In this document: in pieces, positions 1 to 12,459 of the stretch | How the letters are laid out: each line of letters begins with the position of its first letter | Numbering within the stretch: the stretch's first letter is position 1 | Notes under the pieces: model-generated | Told to the model about the DNA's origin: nothing | Databases searched by the model: none | What the model saw: the letters and a program-made list of their open reading frames with translations, nothing else | Made by a program: the position numbers and the translations under genes | Assembly (NCBI GenBank): GCA_003971905.1 | Contig: RSEE01000128.1 | Location: 62,001 to 126,000 of the forward strand | DNA length: 64,000 nucleotides | Direction: 5' to 3' | Source: Moniliella sp. 'wahieum' | Taxonomy: Eukaryota

Positions 1-60
1 AAGCGCTGTCCACACTGCCCCCGCGCCGCGCACACGGGACACTGGGCTCAAGATTGAATT

Positions 61-3048
61 TCAATGCACAGCCATACCCATTGCGAGTGCGTTACACAAA
101 GATGCTGAACCGCCATCCGCCAGGCATCCGACGCGCCCCGTCTCCCTTCTCGTCGCCACCAACTGCCTCCTTCGCGCCGTCGTCGTCGTCGCCGTCGTGC
201 TCCTGCACCCCCCGCGCACCGCCCCCGTTGCAGGCGCAGGTGTAGGCGCAGTTGCACGTGTAGGCGCAGGTGTAGGCACAGGCGCACGTGTAGGCGCAGG
301 TGTAGGCACAGGCGCAGGCGGAAGCGCAGGCACTGCGGCCGCGGCCGATGGGACCGAAAGCGACGCCTCCTTCGAGCGGAGGGTGGACGACGAAGTGTGC
401 CTCGACAGGGCGCGCCGGAACTTGGTGACGGCATGGACCACAGCAAAGACGCCCTGGACGGACACGATGGAGTTTTGAAGATCCTCTTCGGTCAGTTGGT
501 CGTCCTGCACCACCGTCTTGACATTCTCCGCCTTGGACGGGAACGCCTCCTTGCCGTCCTGGGTCAGCCACGGGTCGGACCGAAGCGCATCAAGCGTTGT
601 CCGCTCCGATCCCTGTTTGCGCAGCAACCCTTGCAGCAACTGCGTGCACCCGCTCGGCAAGGTGGCTGGGTAAGTGGGTTCGTCCTGCCGGATCGAGGTG
701 TAGAGGTCGAGCAGGCTGGTCTGCCGAAACGGAAGCCGTCCGACCACCATGCAGTAAAACGTCACCCCCATGCTCCACAGGTCGTCTTGAAATCCATGAA
801 ACGCGCGCCGCTCCGGGACCCACTCGTACCCGATCCAGAGGCCGATGCCGAGCCCGTAGGCGAAGGAGACGAAGAAGACGAAGCCGGAGAAGACGAAGAA
901 GGATGGATAGGCGCAGTCGTCGGAGTCGTAGTAGTAGAAACCTGGACCAGTCAGGCGACATAAATGCCGGGGAGCCAGCGCCATGGAACAAGGCATCGTC
1001 CTCGCCCTTAACAACATTTCCGACACGCCAAAATCGACAATCTTGCATGTCTGGCGATCGCGGGTAAGCAAGATGTTTTCGGGCTTAAGGTCGCGATGGG
1101 CAATCTGGTTCGAATGAAGGTACTCGACGCCCATCACGATCTGACGCATATACTGTCGTGCAACCTCGGGGTCCAGCGGCGGCACAGTTTGGTCGACCTG
1201 CACCTCAATCACCCCGCCTCCAGGGCAAAACTCAAACACCATAAACAAACTGTCGCCGCCCGTTTGGTTCAGCACCTCGTACAGCCGGACCACATTGGGA
1301 TGGTGTAGCTTTTTCAAAATGGCCAGTTCACGCCGAATCAAATACAACGGATCTTTCCGACTTTGCTCCTCTTCCAAGCGAAGCCACTGCGAACGTTGCC
1401 GTCGCGCCGCTTCCAGAGTGGTCGCCTCCGTCGAAATCTCCTCCGTCCGGCTCCCAGCACCTGACGCAGCAGTGCCCGATCCCGACCCAACTCCCGACAC
1501 CGCGCCCGGTACGGATCCAGATCCGGTTGCCGAAGCCGAACCAGAGGGCGAGAGTGAGGCGGTGGGCTGGGCATGTGCAGGCGCGGGTGGACGCGCGGGC
1601 GGACGACGTTGGAGCAAGGCGGCACGTTGGGTCCGTCGCAACCGGGTCTTGCTAAACTCCTTGACGGCCTAGCTCGCGGGAAAGGCCGAATCAACAAGGG
1701 AAAAAAGAAAAGAAAAAATGCCCCATGAAGGACCCGCCCAGAACCAATGCCCAACCAGCAACGCCAACACCAAACCAGAACCGTAAAGCAAAAAGAAAAA
1801 AGAAAAAAGAGGAGGTTAGTAAGCCGCAACCGATGCCACCCACACATCCATACCCTCATCCACCGAGAAAAGGAAAGAGAAAGAGGGGAGGAGGGGAAGA
1901 GACGTACAAATTCCACACTCGGATCGTCGGCCAAAGTAGCCCGATGAACTGTGCCATACGCGCCTTGGCCAATAATCTCGTAAATCCGGTACTGGTTCAA
2001 TTGTCGACTGCCATCGTCCAACTCGCGCGCGTGCGCATCCAACGTTTCCTTGTACCCTCCCTCATACGCCCGTACCCGCGCGAAGACGAAGTCTCCTGCC
2101 GCCTCCTCGTCGCGGTCGAAGGCGGCGGCGACGACGAAGAGGAAGAAGCGGAAGGGGAAGACGAGCGGGGAGAAGTAGATGAGGTGGGTAAGTGCGCTTG
2201 CGCTTGCGCTTGGACGTGAGATCCCCTCGCACCATCCCGCTTGTTCGCTCCCCTGCCTCCTTCGGTCGTCGCAGGGGTAGCGGTCGTAGGGGGGAAAAGT
2301 AACGTGCTGCACGGCGACGCGGACAGCCCACCTCCTCCCCCACCCTCCTCTCCCCACCCAAATCCATTCGTCTCATCCGACGGCGACGCGGTCAATCCAT
2401 CCGCCACGCCAGCCCCTGCCCCTACTCCCTCACCCAATCCAAACCCATTCACTTCTTCCGATGGCGACGCGGCCAAAACAGGGCCGGAGGTCAGGTCGCC
2501 GTCGGGGCCGCCTGTCGCTTCAGCGCAGGAGAAGGAGAGGGGGAGGGGAGACTGTCACAGGCACGGGCAAGAGCGAGGCGGAAGGGGAGCACGACAAGAG
2601 CATCGTTGAAGTGGGCGACGCTGATATCAGCGTCCCCGCCGCATCACCACCACGCTCCCCCTCCCATCCGGCCGATGCGGGGGAGGAGGAGGCCAGGGCA
2701 CGCGCGTCGGATGTATCCAGGTGCGTGGGCGTGCGGGGTGTAGAAGTAGCAGTCGTCGTAGGGGCAGCGGGGCCCTGCTCGGTGGAGACCGCAGCGGGAG
2801 ACGGGAACGAGGGGGTGTCAGTGGTGGTGGAGGAAGGGGAAGCGACGAGCGGGGTATGCGGGGCAGGGGTCGCGGGGGAGGCGATGATGGTGGGCAGGGC
2901 GGGGGCGGGGGCGCGGAGCCGGGTGTGGAGCGGGGCGAGCGCGCGACGGCGTGGGTCGTCCGAGGGGGCGATGCAGACGCCATGGGAAGAGGGGTGGTGG
3001 TGGTGGTGGTGGTGGTGGTGACGGTGGTGGAGACGGTGGGGGGCCCAT
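61..3048 (-). CDS. Ser/Thr protein kinase, CaMKK/Ssp1/Sak1-like; frameshifted, one clear intron at 1669-1907; start approximate
   Basis: Motifs LNQYRIYEIIGQGAYGTV, AVKEFSK (joined across a GTACGT..TAG intron), RRELAILKKLHHPNVV, HRDLKPEN, DFGVSEM, GSPAFMSP and DLWSMGVTFY. There is a long insert between subdomains II and III, as in CaMKKs. The N-terminus is Pro/Ser-rich and low complexity. Confidence 0.88.
232..330. repeat. Imperfect tandem repeat (GTGTAGGCGCAG-type units) encoding the PAPT/PTRA-rich kinase tail
   Basis: Reiterated gtgtaggcgcagg / gtgtaggcacagg units are directly visible. Confidence 0.8.
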
Positions 3049-5784
3049 GAGGCAGATGGTGGTGGAGGGCAGGCCAAGCACTGCCCCTGCCCCGCCCCAT
3101 TCCGCCCTCCTCCTGATGCTGCGGGGCGGAATGGGAAGGCACCCCCGTCTGACGTAAGCGGCCGTCAACTTCAACAGGATTGTCGATCGAGAGAAAGAGA
3201 AACACCTTTCCGGTGCCGGCTCGTTGGTTTCTTTGGCCACAACCGCTGGCCGTTAACTACAGATCCAGGGCAGACGAGTCAGGCGACTCGTCTGCTCTTG
3301 ACTGTGGGGCTGCTTTCACATTGGGAACCGGAATGGACACGAGGCCACAGAGTGGTGGAAAAAGTCAAACGGGACGGATGGTTGATTGGTTGGACGCGGT
3401 TTCTGAACAAGGAAGGGAGAGGCGAGCGTTTGGGTTCAGATCGGAGCTGGCCACTGGCGTTGACGAGCAAGATCGCTCGCCACGGCCAGCCCGAGAGAAC
3501 GAAGTGCGCCCTCCATGGCCACGTGTGTGTGGATCATCACGGAGGGCATGCGCTTCTTCCCCTATCGGGAGGGGAGAATGTCCCTTTCCATCGTCTTTGC
3601 TAATCAGTGAGGCACATTGCTAGAAGGAGAAGGAACTTAAGAAGTTGCTGGTCCGCACCCTCATTCCCCTAGTTCTGGTTGAGCCATGATTGCCAACCAA
3701 AGGGGAGAGGCCAGGTGGTCGGAGCAGATTCCGGTGTCGCTGGACCTGCGCCCGCACGGTGCGCCAATTAGGTGGCTACAGACATGAGCAGACGAAGGGT
3801 GCAGTAGACAAGATCCGGACGGTCCCAGCCCGTGGCTGTCATCAGTACTATGACCGCCAGCATATCGTTGCGAAAACTGGTTTTTGGCCGGACCCTATGA
3901 AAGCAGGGGGCGGCCCACTTCTCATGTTTGACGCGTTTCGAGGTAGTTGTTGCAACCAGCTGACCCGTGGAGAATTCCCTCTCCCAACAGCCGCCTGCAC
4001 GAGGAGCAGACTGCAATTCGATTCGAGAACTGAGATTTGGCCGTTCCCTATTAAAACAGGGTGCAGTAGTATTCACATGTCGCTCAATCCATTGATACCT
4101 CCGGCTTGGGATGTTAAAAAAACCGCGGCCAAAAGAGCCGAAGCAGATTATTCCTCCTGGGGCTCGTCTTTCGCATCCTCCATTTCAGTAACTACAGCAA
4201 CATGGGTGAGCGCCAGTGGCTCACTCAGTGGGAAGCACCGGATCACAGACGAGCTCGTCAGTACATTGACTAACCAAGCGTGAGCACAGTGGCTCTCTCA
4301 GTGCGAAGCACCAGAGAGCAGATCAGCTGTTTTCATCCCACCGCCTGACCGCTTTCGGACCCCGCCAGTCTGGATATGGCTCCCATCAGACCCGATGTGG
4401 ATATTTTGATGACAGCCAGTGGCCTGGCGAGGTAACCAGACTGCATCCAGGACCAGCAGGACGACATCCGGGCACACCTCAGCCATACGTTTGTTCACCT
4501 CTTCTAAGCCGACTTCCAAGCTGTGGCCAGCGGCTTGTTGGAGAGCTTGACGTTCCCGACACCCCTATGTGGAGGGCCATGAGATCCGACTCCAAGATCA
4601 GATCGCAGACGTCCACGAAGCCCTAAGTGGAGTAAACGAAATGCAACATGAACTCCATGAAGCCCAAAACGGAAAGTTTTTCATGAGATCATGACGCGGA
4701 CGGCCACGCCGCCGGCCACTGCGAGCCAGGATGAAGACGCAGAAAAGCGGACTCGAGATGCTGTTGGCCAAGTCCGCCCTATATGTCTGTATGCCTCCAT
4801 TCTTCACCTTCAGACGATTAAGGCTGACCACAACAGCATCTTTTTCTGTTTAACCGCATTTTGGTTTTGCAGGGCAAGTACTAACATTAAACAGCTGGTC
4901 ATGCGTTCCATGAAGGCTCCCTGGCAAGCGTCCATCTAGGAGCCTTCTGTGCGGTATGTACCATCTACTATCTTGAATCGCTCGAGACCAGCTTTTTCTC
5001 TGACAAAAGGAAACAAAGAAGGTTGGGTTGAGCAGGAATGGGCCAAAACTCACGTTGCCAGACCGAGGCCTCCTGCCACCGTTATCGATGCTGCAACTGA
5101 TGATAAAGGGTGCCTGCTTAGGCAAAGAAGTACGGGCAAGAGTAACGCGAGCCATATAGTGGTCATGCGCTACGAGATCGTCATTAATGTGCGTATCTTC
5201 ATTTGCTTCCTTTCCTCTTCACGGTGTTCTTAACGCTTCTGCCTGAATCCACTTGCAGATGGAGACGCACCACTGGGTAAGTCAGGCCCGCGGGCCCTCG
5301 TCGGGTGCTGTCAGTGTCGCCTCATTTCACAAGAAGGTCGTCAAACAGAACCTGGGAGGGTACTAAGGACCACAACCTCAACGGCGTGGAGGGCAGCAAG
5401 GTTCAGTAGTGCGTCCTCCCCGTGCGCACAAATACATCGGCCTGCCCATCGCCCGTCCCAGCACGCACCCCACACCCACACTGCCCCCGCGCTGCCTCCC
5501 CTGTGGCGCCGCCTGTGCTGCCCCCCGTCCCCGCACTGCCCCCGTGCCGGCGCCCCATGCGCTGGGCTGCGCGGATGCAATGTTCAATGTGCAATTGCAA
5601 TGTTCATGTGCGTTGCAACGTTCAGTCCTGGCGGTGACTCGGGGCGACGATGGATGATTGGATGGCGGCTGTCTTTTTTTTTTCCGCCGGCTCTGCAGCT
5701 TTGGTTTTTTTTAGCCCGACCAGCAAGCAGTGTGTGAGGGTTACCACCACCACCACCTCCTCCTCCCCCTCCTCCGCCCCGACC

Positions 5785-7415
5785 ATGTCCGACTCCATCC
5801 ACAGCCAGTACGACACGCTCCTCATCCTCGACTTTGGCTCGCAGTACAGCCACCTCATCACGCGCCGCTGCCGCGAGCTCAATGTGTACTGCGAGATGCT
5901 GCCGTGCACGCAGCGCATCAAGGACCTCGACTGGACCCCCAAGGGCATCATCCTTTCCGGCTCGCCCTACTCGGTGTACGACGAGGGAGCGCCGCGCGTC
6001 GACCCAGACGTGTTTACCCTCGGTGTGCCTGTGCTTGGCATCTGCTACGGCCTGCAGGAGATTGCGTGGAACCATGGCGGGCGGGTGGACCCATGCGACC
6101 ACCGTGAATACGGCAGTGCCGATTTGGACATTGTCGTGACGGGCAATGCACACCTGGATGCGCTGTTTACCAATTTGGGGCCTAAGATGACCGTGTGGAT
6201 GTCGCACGGCGACCAGCTCAGTAAGTTGCCGGAGGACTTTGCTGTGATTGCCAAGACGCCCACGGCGCCCTATGCTGCGATTGCCCACAAGACCAAGCCC
6301 ATCTACGGTGTCCAATTCCATGCCGAGGTCACCCACTCGCAGCAGGGCGACAAGATCTTTGATTCGTTTGTCACCATTTGCCAGTGCCGCCGCGACTGGA
6401 CCATGTCGACGTTCATTGACAAGGAGATTGCGCGCATTCGCGAGCTGGTCGGTCCCAAGGGCCGTGTGTTGGGCGCGATTTCCGGCGGCGTCGACTCGTC
6501 CGTCGCGGCCAAGTTGATGCACGAGGCGATTGGCGACCGCTTCCACGCTGTCATGGTCGACAATGGCGTGCTGCGTGCCAACGAGGCGGCGCAGGTGGAG
6601 CAGATGCTGAGCAAGGACTTGGGTGTCAACTTGACTGTCGTTGACGCCTCGGACCTGTTCCTGTCTCGCCTCGAGGGAGTCGAGGACCCCGAGAAGAAGC
6701 GCAAGATCATCGGTAACACCTTTATCAACGTGTTCGAAGAAGAAGCGGCCAAGATTGAGGCCGAGGCAGACAAGGAGGAGACTGCTGCTTTGGCCGCTGG
6801 CAAGGCGTCCGAAGCCAAGGGCAAATTTGAGTGGCTTCTCCAAGGCACGTTGTACCCCGACGTGATCGAGTCCATCTCCTTCAAGGGACCTTCCGCGACG
6901 ATCAAGACGCACCACAATGTGGGTGGCCTGTTGGAGGACATGAAGCTCAAGCTGATTGAGCCGTTGCGTGAACTGTTCAAGGACGAAGTTCGTGCTCTAG
7001 GCCGCGTGATGGGCATTCCGGAGCACCTGGTCGGTCGGCACCCATTCCCCGGCCCCGGTCTGGCCATCCGTATCCTCGGTCCCGTCACGCGGGAGCAGGT
7101 CAAAATCCTCCAACAAGCCGACCAGATCTACATTGACGAGATTCGCAAGGGCGGGTTTTACGACCAGATCAGCCAAGCGTTTGCTGTGCTGCTGCCCGTG
7201 CGCGCAGTCGGGGTGCAGGGGGACAAGCGGACGTACGACCAAGTGATTGCACTCCGTGCTGCCCAGACCACCGACTTTATGACGGCCACCTGGTTCCCGT
7301 TCCCGTACGACTTCCTCTCCCGCGTGTCCAACCGCATCACCAACGAAGTCGCAGGCATCAACCGCGTCGTGCTCGATATCTCCTCAAGCCTCCCGCTACC
7401 ATCGAGTGGCTCTAG
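5785..7415 (+). CDS. GUA1: GMP synthase (glutamine-hydrolysing)
   Basis: Motifs [56 protein letters not shown] and HPFPGPGL. The canonical ending KPPATIEWL* is restored by one base at about 7385 (TAG 7413-7415). Confidence 0.97.
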
Positions 7416-7452
7416 GCCCTAGGTTCTAGGCTCTAGGTTCTAGGCTCTAGGT
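7411..7452. repeat. About 7-bp tandem CTAGG(NN) repeat starting at the GUA1 stop codon
   Basis: ctaggcc ctaggtt ctagggct ctaggtt ctaggct ctaggt. Confidence 0.8.
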
Positions 7453-8303
7453 CCCGGTGCGGTGGCGGGTCCAAATTACCGTACCCCCTCCCCCTCTCTC
7501 TCCTTTCTCCCCTCATTATTCCATCAACATGTACTTTTTTCTTCTTCTGTTTGCGGTCTGTCGGCCCTTCTCTCCCACCCCTCGGTAATGGTAACCTGCC
7601 TCTTCCCTCTCTCTTCGCCACCAACCTACTTTGTGTTCGTGTGGTGGCCCGATGGGGGCTATGAATAGACTCGGACATGGGCTAGTAGCCCCCCCCCTCC
7701 GAGCGACAGACGCACATACAGACCAGATGACACTCCTGCCTACCATGCCATCCTCCAGCTTTTGCTAGGCATACTGGGACCTATGGCACCTACACCTCGA
7801 GCGTTGATGGGGAGCGTGCTTCGACGAATGCTCGTTTCACCTTATGTTGGGAGGTGGGGGAGGGGGAGGGAGGCCCAGAGAGGCACATATGAACCTGGCT
7901 CTCTAGCTTGCCATATGACATGATGGCATGTGACGGGGGAGCGTTCTCAGAGGACCGGAACTGCGAGGTAGGAATTCACTCGCCTGCAGGCCCGGTGCCG
8001 AGGACGAATCGAATTGGCGTATTGCGGTGCGGTTCGGCCCGTGCGATGCGGATCACGATCAAACTGGCCTGGGAGAGCCGGCGCATCTGGTGAGGCCTGA
8101 GAATGATGGATGATCGATGGAGCAGGCCAAGCTGATGGCTCGGAGCGGAAACGACGGCTTGGCGTGCCCTCTCGTCCGTGCTGGGGTAACAACAACATGG
8201 GATGGACGCGGGGGGGTAAGTAGAAGAAAAGGAGAACAAGGTGGGGGAGTCAGAAACCAGCCCAAGCCCGAGCCCAAGCCCGAGCCTGAGCAAGATGTTT
8301 CTT

Positions 8304-10396
8304 TCAAAAGCTCGTCAAAATCAGATCGTTCTCGAGCATCGCCTGCCCCAGCACATGGCCTTCTGGGTCTGGCACGTTCCTTGCTAATTCGAGGCTTGCT
8401 GGTAGATCTGGGTGCGCTCATCGGGCGCTTGGATGGAAAATGTCTGGCGGAGCGAAACAGAAAAATAAAAGAACGGCAGGTGCATGCGTCAGTACGGTTT
8501 CCTTTTTCTGGGTTTTTGTGTGAGGTGAGAGTGGTGTGTGTGTTGGGGGAGGGGGGTCAGGGTGGCAAACAGGGGGGGGGGTACGCACGCGATTCACCAT
8601 GTCGATGCGGACTTTGACTTGGTCCTTTTCCCACAGATCCTTGACCTTGTCCAGGACCAGCGCCGCGGGGAGGGACAAGGTGGCGGCCATGTCGTCGATG
8701 CGGACAAAGTTGTAAGACTGGAGCAGGTCGCGCACTGACTGGGTCACAATCACATCGGAGATGGCCGCAAACAGGTGGGCGTGGCCCAGGTGCAAGTCGA
8801 GAGGGTTAAGCGGGACGTGTCGGGGCTAGTGGCGTCGCCGAGGATGGCACGGATAGGAGCAAACTCGCCCTCGTAGTACTTCCACAACAAGTCGCGTGCA
8901 TGTGGGTTGTACTCCAACAGACCTGTGATACCTTGTCCCGTCGCTGTGCCGCCCTCGGCATTGTTAGCGGCCGCACTGGCCACTTGGGTCGCCGCTTCCG
9001 ACTGCGGTCCTTCGCGCCCCAGCAGACGCAGCCCAATCTCCTTCCGCGACAGCGCCACCACCGCACACAGCGACGCGTACATCGCCACATCGGCAGGGAC
9101 GACATGTAGTTCCAATACGCTGCCGAGGCTGGATCGACGCGGCTGAAATAGAGCAGCGGGCGAGGTACCGGCGCAAGCCCAACGTCGCAATCCCTCGCAG
9201 CACATTCAATTGTCCCGGAACAAGCGCAGTTGTCGCGTCACCTGCGTTTCTTTCCGGCCACCGCAGCGCTCGGCCCGCCATCGGCCGCCGCACCATGCGT
9301 TGGTTGAAGCCGGTGCGACGGGGGAACGCATCCTCCTCCTCTCCGGTCATCGCGGAACCACCAGCACGATACAGATTCGCCAGCGCATTGTTCCCGCCCG
9401 CTGCTGACGTTGATGCCGAGGGGGCAGTGAGCAGGGACCGTTTGTACCCCATCCCGCCGTTGCGGGTGAGACCGAGCGAAAGCGCCGCCCGAGCTTCGTC
9501 CAACTTGGTCTCGTCCGACTTGGTTACTGCCTCGGCCAAGCCAGCCACAATGCCCTCGGCCCGATCGACCAGGGTGAGGATCGTGCCGTACGCGAGCTCG
9601 TCCAGGGCTACCTCAGCCAAGCCCATGGTCGTCTCGAGCGTCTGCGCGACAGACGAGGCAAATTCGCGCGCCTCTTGGTACTGCACCTGCGCCGCACGGT
9701 TCTGCCCCGTGGCGCGGTAAAATTCAGCGAGGTCCAGATGGGCAATCTGGGAAAAAAACATACAAAACACACAGCGCAGGTGAGCACGAGGGCCGGTTCA
9801 CAGAGGAGTACAATCGCATTGCATCGCACCACATCGCATCGCATCGCATCTCGGCAAGGCACGTACCCGGAGAGACTCTCCTTGATGCCATTGAAGCGAG
9901 CCTGGTTGAGCGCATGGGTCAGGTGGTCGGCATCGCGCTTGTTCTGCTCGACGGTTGCGTCGATCCATGCCTGGTCCGGGGCAAAGGCGGGCGCGTGGGG
10001 CGTTGTGGCGCGCAAGCGAGCCACTTTTTGGTACAGCGCCGCATTGGACGTTTGGCGGAGCAAGTCGAGCGCTGCTTCGCTGCAGGGCGCACGTAACGAC
10101 GGCACGCGCCGGGCGAGCTGGACCAGACGGGCCACCTTCGTCGCGCCCTGGTACGCGTCCATGTGGGTGTGCCAGTCCCACTCGCGCTCGTCAAGCGGCA
10201 CGGCGGGCTGGAGGAGCAGGTCCAGGTCCGGGTCTACGTCGGGGTCGAGGGGCGGGTCGAGGTCGAGGCGCTCGGCACTGGCCATCGCCGCGTCGGCCGC
10301 GCCGAGGTCGGGCAGGTGGGAGGCGCGGGGGCGGGCTGAGCGGCGAGGCGGCGGGCTGGGCGGGTCGGGCGTGCTGGGCGTCGAGTCGGACGGCAT
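8304..10396 (-). CDS. CSN1: COP9 signalosome subunit 1 (RPN7/PCI domain); introns about 9747-9866 and 8444-8588; frameshifts
   Basis: Segments YQGATKVARL, DQAWIDATVEQN..ARFNGIKESLR|IAHLDLAEFYRATG and DVAMYASLCAVVALSRKEI, plus the PCI end SYNFVRIDDMAATL..VKVRIDMVNR. Confidence 0.85.
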
Positions 10397-10493
10397 TGGC
10401 GGCGGCGGTGAGGGCACGCCGGCTGGCCCGAGCGGGCGGAGGGCGGCTAAAGTGCAACGCCTCACGACCGCCTGGCGCCTGCTGAGCTAAGCA

Positions 10494-10507
10494 CCGCACT
10501 AGGGTTG
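10494..10507 (-). promoter_or_regulatory. CAACCCTAGTGCGG element about 100 bp upstream of the CSN1 ATG
   Basis: Exact reverse complement of 13146-13159; contains the telobox-like core AACCCTA. Confidence 0.45.
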
Positions 10508-10658
10508 CGCTGTGCCTGCAATCTGGCCCAGCTTCTACCAGACACAAGGACTACCTCCAGAGCCACACACCGCACAGGAAATATAGAAAGTCGCATTGCA
10601 TAGCGCGGACACACCCGCGGTGAAAGACAGTCGTGATTGAGGGGGGGGAGAGGGCTGA

Positions 10659-12459
10659 TTAGTGCAGCGCCGTCTTGACATCCAACTCCTCACACGCCGG
10701 ATCGTAGTTGCTGGTAAACACGAGCGGCAGCAGCAGGTAGCACACCAGCACCGCCGCCACCGACCCGCCCAGCAAGGAGCGCGCCATGGTAATGTGCGTG
10801 GGCGTGGCAAACTTGTGCGTGCCGTGCTCGGCGGCAGTGGGGCCGGTCGCCCGGGTTGGTGGTGTTGGTGAGCCAGGGATTGCGCTGGTTGAAGCCGTCG
10901 TAAAACAGACGCAGCAGCGACGAGTGGCCGTGTACATGGCAAAGTCCATGTGGGTCGTGTTGGCGACAAAGTCGGCCGTGTGATTGGCCGGCCATTGGCC
11001 CCAAAGTCATTGGCCAGCGACTGGACAAAGTTGCACCGCGGTCAGATGGTTGGAGCCTTGCCACTGCGCCGCCGGCGCGTGGTACCCGTACCAATGTCAA
11101 ACAACGCCAACGCATACGACACGGTGCGGTTCCGGTACCGCTCCACCACTTCCAGTCCATTGTCGTGCATGGCATCCTTGCGTGCATACGCAGGCAGTTT
11201 GCTCGTGTTTTGGTGAATGCCGTACGGCCACGTGTCGTACGTTGCCTGGCTCGTCGCGTTGCTGTAGGGCCGTTTGGGCGAGAGCCAGCCCCAGGAACCT
11301 GGGTTGGCCACCCAGTAGCGCACATTGCTGTCGTAGTACTTGGTCTTTTTCAGCAGCGCGTACCGCTGTGCGCCCTGCCCGCCCCAACGAGTGGCCCGCC
11401 ACAACCACTTGGTTCAGGTTGGGGAAGGTGGAATTGTCAAAGAGCGCGTCGAGGATGGCGTCGAGCGCCGAGTAGGCACTGATCTTGTGCTTCATCACGG
11501 GTTGTGCGCCACACCGCCCATTTGCCACAACGACTTTTCAAAGCACAGCCAGCTGCTCAGGCACGAACCGGCATTCATGTCGTCCATGTTGAGGAACGCA
11601 GGCGCAATGATGCCGACGGAATCGTTGGTGATCCCCCACTGGTTAAACGGAGGAAAGTTCTGGGTAGTGACGATGGTCCGGCGCTGTCCATGTAGGTGGC
11701 ATACTTCCACACGTCGCGCGGTTTGCCTTGGAGCACAATGACAAACCGCTTGACCTTGGTCGGGTCGGTGTAGGACTGGTAAAAGGGCATGATGCCCGAC
11801 TCGTTGTGGTACTTGTTCCACACCACCAAGCTGGTATTGGTGGTAAGTTGGGCAGGTTGGGCAGCGTTTGCCAGCCAGTATCTTGGCTGCCGCCCACCTG
11901 GGCATTGACGGGGTTGGGCAGGTTGGCATTCCACCAGTACTGGATGCCATCGTCCCGCACGCTTTGGCCGGCACATTGGCCAAGTTGCCATGGGCGTCGT
12001 TCTTGACGCCCGGCAGGTTGTCGGCCAGCTGGGCCGCGGCCGCATACTTTTGGGCGGCAGCGTCGGCGAGAATGGGGGCCTGCTGGGCCTCCGAGGCGGG
12101 AAGCCGGCCAATTCGGGTCGGTGGTGGTGGCCGATGGGGAGGGGGCGGGGGCGGGGGGGGAGGAGGAGGGGGCAGGAGGTGGCGGGGCCCAGGTGGACGA
12201 GGACGGGGCCGGGGGGGGACCCAGGCGGAAGAAGAGGCGGGGGAGCTGCCGCTGCCGCCGTCGCTGCCGGAGCCCGAGCCCGAGTCAGAGCCCGAGTCGG
12301 AGCCGGAGCCCGAGTCGGAGCCGGAGCCAGCGGCGGGGTCCTGGCGCCGGGGGGGGAGGAGGCGGAAGGAGCTGGGATAACGAGCGTGGACCGAGGGCGA
12401 GGCTGGCCAGGGCGGTGAGCGAGCAGACGCGCAGGGCGCCGGCCGGCAGACACACGCAT
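10659..12459 (-). CDS. Secreted, C-terminally membrane-anchored alpha/beta-hydrolase-fold protein of unknown substrate; frameshifted
   Basis: Hydrophobic N-terminus (SLTALASLALG), then a Ser/Gly/Pro linker. Motifs RFVIVLQGKPRD, IIAPAFLNMDD, nucleophile elbow VVVAGHSLGGQGAQRYA and YWVANPGSW. C-terminal TM segment LLGGSVAAVLVCYLLLPLVF. Confidence 0.78.

Noticed and set aside
5635..5640. TGACTC (Gcn4/Bas1-type site) upstream of GUA1, also at 28482
   Set aside because: A single 6-mer is expected by chance, so it cannot be supported.
5584..6915. 443-aa antisense ORF over GUA1 (likewise 34164-35771, 48625-49617, 49572-50225 and 56116-57198)
   Set aside because: Shadow ORFs produced by high GC3 codon bias on the opposite strand of real genes; no independent motifs.
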